A stretch of DNA of 64,000 nucleotides from Hemiscyllium ocellatum (Eukaryota), in NCBI RefSeq assembly GCF_020745735.1, contig NC_083409.1, positions 24,014,048 through 24,078,047 on the forward strand, given 5' to 3'. Every line of letters begins with the position of its first letter. Positions within the stretch are counted from its first letter, which is position 1. The translations under genes were made by a program, and so were the position numbers. A model generated the notes under the pieces. That model was not told the DNA's origin. It was given only the letters and a program-made list of their open reading frames with translations, and ran no database searches. Shown in pieces: positions 49,533 through 62,302 of this stretch.

Positions 49533-51055
49533 GAGGAATTGATGGCTGGAGTTCATGCTCCTGCACTGTGTGAAGGTTGGTGTGAAGTGAGGCCAATGTG
49601 TTGGAGCTTGGGCTCCTCCCTCAGGCCCAGGTGTAGGGGCCTGTTCAACAATCTGTACATTGTCCTTTTTCTCTTTCTGATCACAGACTTTTTGATATTG
49701 TTTAACAAGCTAATGACATACATACATCAGTGTTGTCTATGGCTGGAATAATTTAACATCATGGTTCTCATTTTTAATGGACACACTCTCATGATAATAC
49801 AATTTTCAATATTTCTCTCCCCTTATGTGTTATTGAGACATTTGCAAATGAGGACAGTGCATCTTCAACATCGAGTGAAGGGCTGGATGGGTGTTTGAAT
49901 TCTCATCTCACTATCGTCTAGCATTCAAAGAAACGGCTGTCGTATTTGTAGCTATATTTGAAATGAGATTGCACCCAGGTTTTATAAATATTACGTTTAG
50001 AATTGATTTTTGGAATGCTAATCTGCAATAAAAATATCCTGTTCAGTTTTGTAGCTCAGTAGTTGTGTTTGTTCCCTGAGATACTGAGAGTTTATACAAC
50101 ACACCATTTGCCTGTGATCCAGTTGTTGGCTGAAGCCTCTGGTTGTTCGGTGAGTCCAAGCCATTGCCTTGCGCTCTGCAGTTATACCATCAACTTGGTG
50201 TCTCAGTGTGAGCCAGGAGACCACTGCGTGGTGACTTCCTGTTCCACTGTCGGTGTATCAAGCAAATGGGAACTGTCGAGGTTAATCCCATCATGAACAT
50301 CAGAATATTGTATTCAGTTGGAGCTACCTCCACTGACTCATTTCTTTGGCCACCATCGCAGTAAAAGCAAATCTCTCCCTTTGCCAGCACAAAGAGAAAG
50401 TGCCCGTCAGATTCCCTCGTGTGAGATGGTTTAGCTCAATAGGAGCAGCACTGGTAGATCATGCTGTATCAGCCTGGACAGAAACCTGGGCAAGCTCCAA
50501 ATGGAACGATGACCTTCAATGGATCTGCTGTGATAGGAAATATGGAATTGGAATACTTGTTAGTGAATCACCTCGTCAACTATGAAAATATAAAACAATC
50601 TAATTTCCCAGAAGCATACATCACAGCACAGCGAAAAAGTGGGGAACAAGCGATTCCTGACCTCCACACCCTGAGTAGTGTCACTGGTGTTGTCCCCTCT
50701 CCCTTTTTGGGGAGCATCGCAGTTACAGTCCCCTTTCCCTCCCCAGGCGGTCTCGCTGTTACTGTCTCCTCTCCCGCTTTGGGGAGCATTGCTGTTGCCG
50801 TTCCCACTCTTTGAGGGGTCTCCCTTTTAATGCGCTCTCTCCCTTGCTGGGAGTATCCTTTCTGTCTGAGGATGTTATTGCTTCTCCCTCCCCTCTCAGT
50901 TTGGTCAGGCCTGTCTGGGCCCAGAACCAAAGCGCAAACTAACTGGAGACAACCCAGATCAAGTCACGATGAGAGTGTCATTGACCTTCACACTCAATGT
51001 TGCCGAAGAGGACATTCTCCCAGAGATTAATGATTCATTCTAGATTTTAAACAAG
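49533..51055 (-). other. Unidentified coding-like segment, copy 2 (inverted, disrupted)
   Basis: The reverse complement aligns with 35850-37650. It has an internal deletion, a frameshift and extra stops, and includes three 36-bp repeats at 50696-50803. Confidence 0.5.
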
Positions 51056-51601
51056 AGACTGAGATTGTGAGGGGTGTGGTGGAAAGAACATCCACTACTC
51101 TAAGAAAATTACCAGGAGATGCAGAAAATCCTTCATGAAGGTAAAATTTTATTTGCAAATACAAGCTGTGGCAATCAAAAACTGTCTGTCCTGTCTGCCC
51201 ACCCTCCTCCTGGAGTCTCTCCAGTTTATATTTTCCTAGTTTCTACGCTAATCTGATGGCATTAGCATAACCAATCATACTAGCTTGCTTTGTCTCTCTA
51301 AACTAATCATCGTCTGACACGCTGGTCTACCGCTTAATCTTAACCTATCACATTACACCACCATCATCTTTAGTATTAGCTCATCTATCGTGTGATTTAA
51401 CTAGCCTATCAGAGTGTGCTACCATTATCTGTTACCTGAGCCCTGTAACATGACCCTATGCATGCATTACTCCACGAGGTTGATGCCATAACTGCCAAAT
51501 TATCTTCCATACATTCCATACTAGTTACTTTATCTCCTAGACTAGCAGCCCAAAGTTTGCACCACTGCATTTATAGTATCTATGAGCTCCTCCAAACAAA
51601 C

Positions 51602-52285
51602 TTTTTTTTTAATTTCAAAAATATACTTTATTCCTGAAATAATTTGATGGTCTGTACAGTTGGTCATGCCGTACATATGTAAACATTTACATTCAGAGAT
51701 CAGAATTTATCATTTTTATACAGGTCTGGTACACTTTTCAATCATATGCCCATATAACTAGCTGAGGTGTCAGCAGAGCCTAAATGACTGCATGGACCCC
51801 CCTGTTCTTCAATAAGCAGGCAGATGTTACACGGTGGTCTTTCCCCACTGCGCCTTGGCGGCAGTTGCCCCAAGCTTCAGCACGTCCCTCAACACGTAGT
51901 CCTGGACCTTGGAATGTGCCAGTCTGCAACACTCAGTCAGGGGCAACTCCTTCAGCTGGAAGATCAACAGGTTTCGGACCACCCAGAGAGCGTCCTTCAC
52001 TGAGTTGATGATCTTCCAGGCACAGTTGATGTTCGTCTCGGTGTGCGTCCCGTGGAACAGTCCATCGAGCACGGAGTCCCGCATCACGACGCTGCTCAGG
52101 ACGAATCTCAACAAACCCCACTGTATTCCTCTCCAGACTTCCTCTGCATAGGCACATTCCAGAAGGAGGTGTCTGACAGTCTCTTCCCCCCGTAGCTGCT
52201 TAGAGGGCAGCGTGCGGTGTGGCTGAGAGTCCGGGTGTGCATGAAGGATCTCACAGGCAGAGCCCTTCTCTCCACCAGCCAAGCT
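51602..52285 (-). mobile_element. 5'-truncated Tx1/L1-clade LINE with polyA tail and 17-bp TSD
   Basis: TSD agctcctccaaacaaac (51585-51601 / 52286-52302) and a T-run at 51602-51610. Minus-strand ETVRHLLLEC..AWKIINSVKDALWVVRNLLIFQ..QWGKTTV. Confidence 0.88.
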
Positions 52286-52689
52286 AGCTCCTCCAAACAA
52301 ACGATTGTGCAGGCATATGCATTGTTGCAACAAATAGTTTATTCATGTCTTTAATGAATGGAAACCTGATGTTCTCATCTACTCTGACTTACAGTGGTTC
52401 AGATTCCTTTCTACATAGGTCATCCTTGATTCTGTCAGCATTATCTGATTTGCTAGATTTCCACCCCACCCCCCTCCAAGAAAAAGCTAAATTCTTTGTT
52501 TACCAACAAGAAGGAAACATACAGAGCTACGATGGAAAGGTGTTTCATGTTTGATCCTGTTCGGGAACCTGCTTTGTGATGAGTTCATGGTTTTTGCATT
52601 TGCTAACCTATTTCTACTGTTATTCAGATGGAATTATTCTTCTGGTGGCTGATTCATTTAAAATGAATTCATATAAATGGGGAGGCTGA

Positions 52690-53290
52690 GCTCAGCAGGT
52701 AATAGTGAAGGCAAAGTGCACTTGGCCTTTATTTCAAAGGGAGCAGTGTGTAAAAATAGAGAGGTCTTGCTAAAATAATACCTAAAATCAAACCTAAAGT
52801 ACCATGAAGAGTTTGATCCCCTTATCTGAGGAAAAATATACTGGTATTTGAGATAATCCAGTAAAAGTTCACTGTTAATTCTGTGGATGGAGGGATTTTC
52901 TTATGACAGGTTGAATAAGTTAGTCTCGTATTGATTGGAGTTTAAAAGAATGAGAGGGACCCTCATTGAAACATAAGGAATTCTTAGAAGACTTGACAGT
53001 GTAGATGCTGAGACAGTATTTCACCTTTGTGATAAAGTCTAGGGCCAGAGGGCATAAACTCAGAGTAAGGGGTCGCTCATTTGAAACCAGTTAGGAGGAG
53101 TTCCTTCTCAGGGCAGTGAATCTGTGGAATTCTTTACCACAAGATTGTCAGGGCTGGGAAACTAAACATAGTCAAAGCTAAAATTAATTTTTGTTCAGTA
53201 AGAAAATAGAAGGTTATGTGAACAGGCAGGAAAGTGGAGTTGCAGATTATCAGATAACCCATAAGCTTACTGAAAGGTGAAGTGAACTTG
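52690..53290 (+). mobile_element. CR1 LINE 3' fragment, decayed
   Basis: Aligns with the other CR1 3' ends (ggagtttaaaagaatgagaggg..; tail ..gggctgaatggtct). Confidence 0.65.
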
Positions 53291-53307
53291 GGCTGAATGG
53301 TCTGTTT

Positions 53308-53846
53308 CAGAGGTGGGGAACCTTTTCATGTTGGAAGGCCACATAATGTTAGTTGTAATCTAATAAGGCCTCATCCAAGAGACTTCCATTGTATAAATGG
53401 TGATACTGTTAAACTGTGTAACTATTCTCAAATTTCACTTCAAATGGAAAGCCACATGCACTGTTGTCATCAGTTGATAAACACTGGTGTACTGGATACA
53501 CACAGGCTCTCGCCAACCAGCCTCAGGCAGAAGTAGCTCCAGTCCGGCAGGGAAGATAACGTACATTCTAGAATCGCATTATAACTAAATCATGAGCATA
53601 GCAGGTGTCGAAATAGCCCTTATGACTTACCAATTTTATAATTGTGGCGTTCACTTTGTGAGGATTATTTTGCTGAATTTTCTTTTACTCTCTGGTATTT
53701 TAAATACATTCATGTTAAAATTAAAATAAAATAATAAAGGATGAAAAAAAAATTGATAAAAACATAAAAGGTTTGTTCTGCAAAATTTGGATTCATTCAA
53801 AAGGCCACACACAATGGCCTGGAAGGCCGCAGGTTCCCCACCCCTG
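53308..53846. mobile_element. Non-autonomous hAT DNA transposon
   Basis: TIRs cagaggtggggaacc / ggttccccacccctg and a perfect 8-bp TSD gtctgttt (53300-53307 / 53847-53854). Confidence 0.85.
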
Positions 53847-56557
53847 GTCTGTTTATTCTATGTCTTATTATCTTTTAGTCATTCATGACACAAGTATCGC
53901 AAGCGTAGCAGCATGTATTACTCTTCATTGATAGTGTTTCGTAATGTGGTGAGTTTTGAATTGCAGTCAGAGTGAACTTTGCAGATGTTTGACCCAGTGA
54001 CAGCGAAGGAATGTCTTTATAATTCCAAGTTTCGGTGGTATACGGTTTGCTATCTTTGCTGTCATAGGTGGAGGTCAGGAGTTTAGATAGTGTTGAGACA
54101 CAAGCCTTGATAGGTTCTTGAACTGCCGGCATTGTGCAACAGTGACTGAGGAATATTAAAGGCTGTATATTGGGTGCCATTCACCCTGGCTACATTATCC
54201 TTGATTTCAATTTCTTGAAATGTTTTTTGTAATAATTCCTGTTTTTCTGCAGGCAATACATCTCAAAAACAATCACATTAGTTTCAACAAAATGTAGTAA
54301 TATATTCTGGTCCAAGGAAGGATTGGACTTCTTGGCAATGATCTGAATTTGTATCTGGAATTTTAATGGATTCGTTTTTTAAGCATATTGTGTGTTTTAC
54401 TTTTGTTGTGGAAGTTTTCAGCAACTGCATTGCACATTATCAAAATGTGAGCAGAGTTTTCAGAGCAGATTGTAGGATGTGGGTTGGACTGAAGCTTTCT
54501 CAGTGAGAGGAAAGTATTAATAGAAAAACTATTTTTTTCAGTTTTCAACCCAACAGGGGAAAACCTCAAAGAAGAGCTATGTAATTGGAAGAGCATTGAG
54601 TTGTCAGTGTGGCAGAGGGATTTACTGTACTCAGTGCCTTTTTCCTCAAGCTGCATTCATCCAGACATCCTGATGTGTAAACAAAACAGAAATTTCTTGA
54701 ACTCTAGCAGGTCTGGCAGCATCTGTGGTGAGAAAGCAGAGTTAATCCCTTCTGAAGCATCCTGACTTGTACCTTTTGCATCAGACTTCGCCGAGTCAGG
54801 AGGTAAATTACTTCACGCCCTGGGACTGAGGTGTTTGAACCTGCAACAGACACAACTATTTCCTGATTCCATTGGTTTCAATTTTTCTAACACTCCTTGA
54901 TACCATATTTCACCAAAAGCTCCCTTAATGTCAGCCCAATTATTGGATGTAATGAGAATTGGAGCTGAATGGTCCTGACAGAAACCAAACTGGGCATCAG
55001 TCAGAGTTTTATTGGGGAATGTATTTCTTCATTGCATTGTTAATGATGATCAACCATTTTGCTGAGGATTAAGCAGAGACAGTTGGAGCAACATTTGAAT
55101 AGTTTGGACATTCCTCCATTTTGAGGGCAGGATTTACCTGGGTAAATTTACACATTGTTAGTGGTTGTCAGTGTTGTTGCTGCATTTAAACAGATTGTCA
55201 AGAGATATGACTAGTTCTGGAGCACAAACCACCAATCGTATAGTTAATATGTTTTCAAGCCTTATTGCGATTGCAGTGTCCTCTTATCCCTTCATAAGTA
55301 TCAGAGAAGGATGGAGTTAATTTGGTTATTTTCCCCATTGGTTTTGTTCCTACCTGCTGCAGGCCAAGTCTATCAAATTTACCCTTCAGGATTGCACCAA
55401 CCTGGCCATTAGTGCTGCTATGAATGTATTTTTGGTGATGAAAATTGAAGTCATGAACTTAGAGTACATTCTGAGCCCTTGCCACCCTCACTACTTCCTC
55501 AAAGTGGTGTTCAACATGGAATACTGATTCACCAGTTAGGGGGTGGCGGGAATCAGCAGGAAGTTGTCCATGGTTGACCAGATGCCCTCAGACTTTATGG
55601 AATCTGAAGTCAATATTGAAGTCTCCCAGAGCAACTCACTCCCAATTGTATGATACTGCCACTACCTCTGCTGAGTCTGTCCTGCTAAGGAGGAGTGTGC
55701 AGCATTGGCTGTAAATTGGGTGTGACTATGTCAGGCTGAAACTTGAGTGTTCCGTGGGGCAATTAGACACAATCCCTGAATATGAGTAAGGAGAACTTTG
55801 CAGAGTTGTCTGGGCTGGTTATATTGCAGTTATTTCTGGTTCCTTGACTCTTATCCCATGTTGTGTTTGGTTTTATTATTTACCTTCCCCAGCAGTTTAT
55901 GGAAGACCTAGGTGGCTTATTTGGCTACTTCAGACTGAAGAGCCAACCATGTTGCTGTGGGCTTGGAGACATATGGAGACCAGAACGGGTGGGGAAGACA
56001 GGTGTTCTTACATAAGGGATGGCAGAGTTTTCAAAGTGGTGACCCTGGGAAAGTGTTTGGTATTGCCAGGGGCATATGGGTGTTTTTAGTATTCATGGGA
56101 TACCTTTTGGGAAGTTTATTATTTCCTATCTGTTTTCTGGAATGTTTTCAGTGTTGCTGGGGTGTCAGCATTTTAAAAATGTCCCTGAGAATGTGTTGGT
56201 ATTTGGTATTTACATGGACTCTCATGGAGGGTTTCAGCATTTATTGAGGCTCCCTGGCAGCGTGCTTTTAGAATCTTCATCCATGTGTTTGAATGTTTAT
56301 TCAAATAGATGGGAATAACTATTTGTAAAAATGGAATCATAGCAGATGAAAGAAATTTAAAATTCTCCATGACATTTTTCATTTTCCCAAACTAGATTTG
56401 TTGACTTTGCATTGAATCAACACTCTTGTGTAAATTAGGTCAAGATTCTTTTAAGCGATGTTTATTTCAGATATTTCTGGAAGTTTCCAAAGATGTCATC
56501 TTTGTTCCTAGACTTGAGTAAGGGTTGTGGTTTTTGTCCTAGCACCTAGTAGAATTT

Positions 56558-56826
56558 ATGATAGTGGAGGTGCTGGTGTTGCACTGGGGTGGACAAAGTT
56601 AAAAATCACACAACACCAGGTTGGAGTCCAGCAGGTTTACTTGGAAGTACTGTACTAGCTTTCAGAGTGCTTCTCCTTCATCAGGTGGTTGTCAAGCAGG
56701 ATCATAAAACATAGGATCATATGATCCTGGTCCACAGCTACCTGATGAAGGAGCAGCACTCTGAAAACTAGTGCTTCCAATTAAACCTTTTGGACTATAA
56801 CCTGGTGTTGTATGTTTTTTAACTCT
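56558..56826. mobile_element. 269-bp fold-back PLE-type element with two hammerhead motifs (third tail family)
   Basis: 9-bp TSD gtagaattt (56549-56557 / 56827-56835). Inverted arms surround the perfect palindrome aggatcatatgatcct (56713-56728). CTGATGA-a-GGAG..CTCT-GAAA-GCTA on the minus strand (56653-56687) and ..GAAA-ACTA on the plus strand (56739-56773). Confidence 0.85.
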
Positions 56827-57869
56827 GTAGAATTTCAGCAATATTTGGAGAGGAGTATCTTTTGGTTGTAGTGTACTGATGGTGTTTCGCCTCTGGTTTT
56901 CTTCAGTTTCTTCCTGTCAACTGATGTAAATTTCAGTCTCAGCAGTCTACTGGTTTCCTCATTCTGTTGCAGTATTTAGAGTTCTCAGACATGTGCAGTT
57001 TTGGCGCGGTTTCACTTAATAGGCAGTCATCCCGATAACATGAGCCACCTTTTTGAACAGCAGTGGGCCTTGTAATGGTGGTAGGTGATTTGAGATTAAA
57101 TAGAGCTACCAGTGATGAAGGAGCAAGTCAGAGAGCGTGTGTGGAGGTGATGTGCCTAAGGTGCTGACTCATTTGTAGTGTCAGAAATATCTTTGAAGTT
57201 TTCAAGTTGGCAGGGTTAGTGTTTGAAAATGTCAGACTGTATCTGAACCCAGAAGTATCTAGAAAATGAAATGTGCCATCATAACCTTTTTAATGTAGAA
57301 AGATGATTATTCCTGTAAGGTGTTGACCCTGACCTCAATTTCTTTTTCTTGGAATGGAAATTAATTTTCTCAATTTTCTTCCCTGTTCTCCCTATTCTGA
57401 CTGAGAATTTGGCCAAGTAATCACTTTTTTTTCTGAACCTTTATCATGTGTTGCCTGGCAAATTAGAGAAGGAATCAGAGGGCTGATTCATCCCACATGA
57501 GTGCACTTGGCAAAGGGGATTCACTGGATGGATTTTCTTCCCTTTTCTGCCGAAGTTGAAGCCGTTCCCTACAGCTTGGAGATTGATCAGTTGCAGAACA
57601 CTTCAGCTCGGTGGTGTGTAACAATATCACAGTGTTGTGTGTAATCGTATAACAGGGCCTGTGTCTGTTGTCTGGTATTGATCTATGCAACTTCAGAAAA
57701 GAAAAGAAAACTTGTTTTAAATGGCACCGTTTACAATCATGGAAATTTCTTTATGTGACTTACAACCAGTGAACACTTTGTAGTTTATGAAATAGCAAAT
57801 ACAAAATACAATTTGAGCATATTAGGTTCATCAAAATAGCAAATTGTTGAATAGGATAGTCTGTTGAAA

Positions 57870-58260
57870 TAAACATTGACCAGAATGCTGAGGTCTTCTG
57901 CATCCGTCTCATCTGAAGGACACCATCAGTAAAATAGTGCAGTACACCCTCAGTACAGTACAGGTCATTCTGCTATAACTTGCATTTCGTTAACACAAAT
58001 TTGCTATAACACGATCGACAAATTGGGGACATTGTTTCTAAAGCACGAACTCTGAAAATGTGTGTTGGCTGTAACCTGATTACATCGCGAAGACTTTAAG
58101 TGCTGTTTCTAAAATGTGATTTTCCGATATCATGGGGGTTGGACAGCAATGCAACCATTATGTTATAGAAGAACTACCTGGAGTGAAATGTCTGCCTGAG
58201 AGATCTGCTCAAATCTCTGGTGGGATTTGAACCCACAATCTGCTGTCTCAGGCTACACAA
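57870..58260 (-). mobile_element. Deu-domain SINE remnant interrupted by a MITE
   Basis: Deu-like core in reverse complement at 57870-57958 and a tRNA B-box-like head (gggatttgaacccac) at about 58222. Confidence 0.55.
57961..58180. mobile_element. Tc1/mariner (pogo/Tigger-like) MITE
   Basis: Imperfect 19-bp TIRs caggtcattctgctataac / gttatagaagaactacctg, with TA on the left flank only. Confidence 0.6.
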
Positions 58261-58577
58261 CTGCTATCTGGTCAGTGGCGGACCTTTCCTGCTCTTAAAA
58301 TAAGTGGCACAGTTGTGATGAAATACCCTTTTGGTGTGGTGTGCACATTATATCATATTGCTCCCATTCTGATCCTCTTTATTTGTCTAAATCAATAGAG
58401 AACCAACTAATTTCCTGAATTATCAACCCTTCCACATATTCTCATGTCAATAACTTTTATTCATTGCCCTGAAGGCCTCAATTGATAGAGAACAGCGAAA
58501 GACCAAGCAGATTATCAGACTTTATTGTTTAAAATATTAAATCTTTTTGATTTATAGGATATTTGATTAATCTACAT

Positions 58578-58738
58578 GCAGAAGAGCCTCGATTATCTGG
58601 CATTCGATTATCTGAATTTCGGATCATCCAAAGTAGATCGTAAGATCCCGATGCTAGGCTAAACTGTATTACCCAGCATTCAATTATCCAAACAAAACAC
58701 TCCTCACCCATGTCGCTCGGGTAATCGAGGTTCCTCTG
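58578..58738. mobile_element. Tigger-like MITE
   Basis: Imperfect TIRs cagaagagcctcgattatc / ggtaatcgaggttcctctg, followed by TA. Confidence 0.6.
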
Positions 58739-59803
58739 TAAATTGTTCCATTGTTTTAATGTTGTGCTTCCTTGTGAATCTACATTATTACCTGAAAAGC
58801 ACATGGCTGTTCTGGGTTGTGTTTAATTGTTTGCAGTGAACAGTACGTTCACAACAACATCAAGTGTCCCAAACTAATCGTCATCAAATTGATTTACCTT
58901 TCTCCCTCAGTTATTTTTTAAAAATTGGAACTATCACTAAACCTTCAGAGTAGTCACAGCATATAACCGTGTGTCAGCTCTTTTCCAGTTCCTGATGAGA
59001 AACATTTCTGCCATGACACAAGCCAACCTCTAACTTTACAGTCACTTTCAAATAAATGTTTGTTCGAACCATTCTTTGTTTCTGTATCACAGGCATTTGC
59101 TGTAACAGGCAATAATATTTGAAGAGCTCATTTATCTACCATTTTCCAAGGGTGGGTGGTGGAGGCTTTCCTTGGCTAATTCTCTTTATTTTCACCATAT
59201 AAGGGAAGTTGACCTGCCAGACACAAATTGGGCATTTGTGTCTGAGCATAAGTTGGACTTTCTCTGCAGATTGCAGCTGCAGTAAAATATCCCTATTGTG
59301 ACTTTTTACCAGCTGCTGTAGTTGCTTTATCAAACTCCCTGTTTGGTTATGTATATCTCATGTTCGGAAAAGATTTCCATGCTGTGGCTTTCTGTGACTA
59401 TTGGACTCTTTGTGACACTCTGTGACAATCTATTTCTCTCTGTGACTCTCTGTGACTCTGTCTCAATCAGAATGACAAATGTTACAATGTATTTATTGCA
59501 CATTTCTGATAAATAATTTGTCTTGTGGAAAGGGAAGATGCATTTAACGTGAGGTGAACTGATAGAGTTGTGAAAAGAGGTCTGTAATGTAAGAAAAAAA
59601 TGTCAATCACGGTTTAATTTTACTAATGTCAGTAAATGACTATTAACCATTAATTTACAGAAATGGAACATTTACATTGCGAGAAGGAAGAGAGACGAGA
59701 TAATGTAGGGACCAGGAAATGGGACTTGGCCAGATTAGCAGTTGTTTAATGAATGGTAGAGTCTCAGAAAAACCACCAAATATTTGCAGGGGCAAATATT
59801 TGG

Positions 59804-62302
59804 CCAAAGGACTGTTATAAAGAAAGAAATACTTACATCTAAATAGTGAGTTTTGTGGTTCTGGGGCATCTCAAAATAGCTCTCTGCCAATGAAGTACTT
59901 TTTGAATTCTGGTCATTGGTTCAAGGGAGGTATTATGACGTCATAGCTCCAATTGTTCTGGCATAATAGCCACTTGATGATCATGATAATCTGGATAATC
60001 AGATTCCGAGCAAAAACTTGGTTGAATATACAGCACAGACACCAAAAGAGCTGCTGGAAATCTGAAACAAAAACAGAAATTGCTAGAAAAGCTCAGCAGG
60101 TCTGGCAGCATCTTTGGACAGAAATCCGTGAACATTTCTGATTCAGTAACCTTTGTGGTTATGTGACATCTCAAAATGGCTCTCTGTGAATGAGATATTT
60201 TTTGAATTCTGGTCATTATTCCAAGGTAAGTATTATGATGTCATGGCTCAAATTGATATGGCAAAATAACCGGGGAACAAGGACTTGGGCTTCTGTTGAT
60301 GGTTACTGACATTATTTGATTTTGGTTCTGGTGTACACACACAGATGCTCCTAGTTTGAACCTACTACTTACTACTTGCACATTCTTCACTGAAGCTACA
60401 TTATCTCTCAGGACTGGAGAACGTCCCACACTGGTGAAGGATTTGATGCTCGATGTTGATATACCAAGCAGAATTCAATTGTTTATACAAAATGCTGTAT
60501 TTTATTATCATTAAATAATGTCTACTTAATTTTACTTCTTTTGACCAAATGTCGTAATGCAAATAAACATTGAAAATCCAAATCCAAAATAAATATTTGA
60601 GTTTCTGATTGCAAGCTTGTAATGTAATCTAATCTGAATCTGGAAATCTGTGTTGTTGATTATCTTTGCTTTGCTTTTGTTTTAGGTGAGCTGACAAGTT
60701 GTGGAGTAGAACATCTAACAAGTCAGTCCTACTAAATCAGAGACTGATAAAGAGTCGAACTACGAGACAAAGGTACAGTGGTGCTGATTTGTAAACTACT
60801 CCAGTTAGTTGTAGTGCCTTCAATCACTGTTGTGGTGACTATTGGGTTCAGTCATCAATACTGTGTGGCAGATTAGAGATCATTTGATCCTATCGCCAAA
60901 GGACCGTTATAAAGAAAGAAATATTTACATTTAAATCGGGAGTTTTGTGGTTATGGGACATCTCAAAATGGCTCTCTGCCAATGACGTATTTTTTGAATT
61001 CTGGTCATTGTTACAAGGGAGGTATTATGATGTCGGGCTCCAATTGTTATGACATAATAGCCAGTTGGTGTTAGTACTGGATAATCAGATCCCCAGCAAA
61101 ACCTTGATTGAATATACAGCACAAAAACCAAAAGAACTGCTGGAAATCTGAAACACAAAAAAAAAATTGCTGGAAAGCTCAGTAGGTCTGGCAGCATCTG
61201 TGGAGAGAAATCCTTTAACATTTCTGATTCAGTGATCTTTGTTATTATGGGACAGCACAAAATGGCTCTCTGCGAGTGAGGTATTTTTTGAATTCTGGTT
61301 ATTGTTCCAAGGTAGTATTATGATGTTGCGTGTTGTGGCTCCAATTGTTATGTAATAAAAGCCAGGAGAACACGGGCTTGGGCTTCTGTTGATGCTTACT
61401 GACATTATTTGATTGTGGTTCTGGTGTATATACACACACAGATGCTCTAGTTTGAACTTACTACTTAATTCTTTTACATTCCTCACTGAAGCTAATTTAT
61501 CGCTCAGGACTGGAGAACGTCCCACACTGGTGAAGGATTTGATTGTGCTGTAAGGCTCTACATTGGTATACAAAGCAGATTTCAATTGTTTATACAAAAT
61601 GTTGTATTTTATTATCATGAAATAATGTCAACTTAATATTGCTGTTTAAGACCAAATTGAAAATCCAAATCCAAAATAAGTATTTGAGTTTCTGATTGCA
61701 AGCTTGTAATGTAATCTAATCTGAATCTGAAAATCTGATTTTGTTTGAGGTGAGCTGACAAGTTGTGGAGTCAAACATCTAACAAGTCAGCCCTACTAAA
61801 TCAGAGACTGATAAAGATTCAAAATACGAGGCAAGGTACAGTGGTGCTGATTTGCAAACTACTCTAGTTAATTGTAGTGCTTTCAATCACTGTTGTGGTG
61901 GCTCTTGGGTCGAGTCATCAATGCTGTGTGGCGGATTAAAGATCATTTGATCCTCTGGCCAAAGGACTGTCATAAAGAAAGAAATATTTACATTTAAATC
62001 AGGAGTTTTGTTGTTATGGGACATCTCAAAATGGCTCTCTGCCAATGAAGTATTTTTTGAATTCTGGTCATTGTTACAAGGAAGGTATTATGATGTCGGG
62101 CTCCGATTGTTATGACATAATAGCCAGTTGATGTTAGTACTGGATAATCAGATCCCCAGCAAAACCTTGATTGAATATACCACACAAAAACCAAAAGAAC
62201 TGCTGGAAATCTGAAACAAAAAACAGAAATTGTTGGAAAACCTCAGAAGGTCTGGCAGCATCTGTGGAGAGAAATCCTTTAACATTTCTGGTTCAGCGAT
62301 CC
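59804..62302. repeat. Tandem duplication, about 1.06-1.09 kb unit, 2.3 copies, with ~300-bp internal subrepeat
   Basis: ccaaaggac(t/c)g..taaagaaagaaata recurs at 59804, 60896 and 61959, and the units are colinear. Each carries the same PLE-tail fragment. Confidence 0.92.

Noticed and set aside
51066-52332. Possible solo LTR (TG..CA ends, minus-strand AATAAA) interrupted by the Tx1 copy
   Set aside because: The flanks show no matching TSD and there is no second copy in the window, so it is unsupported.
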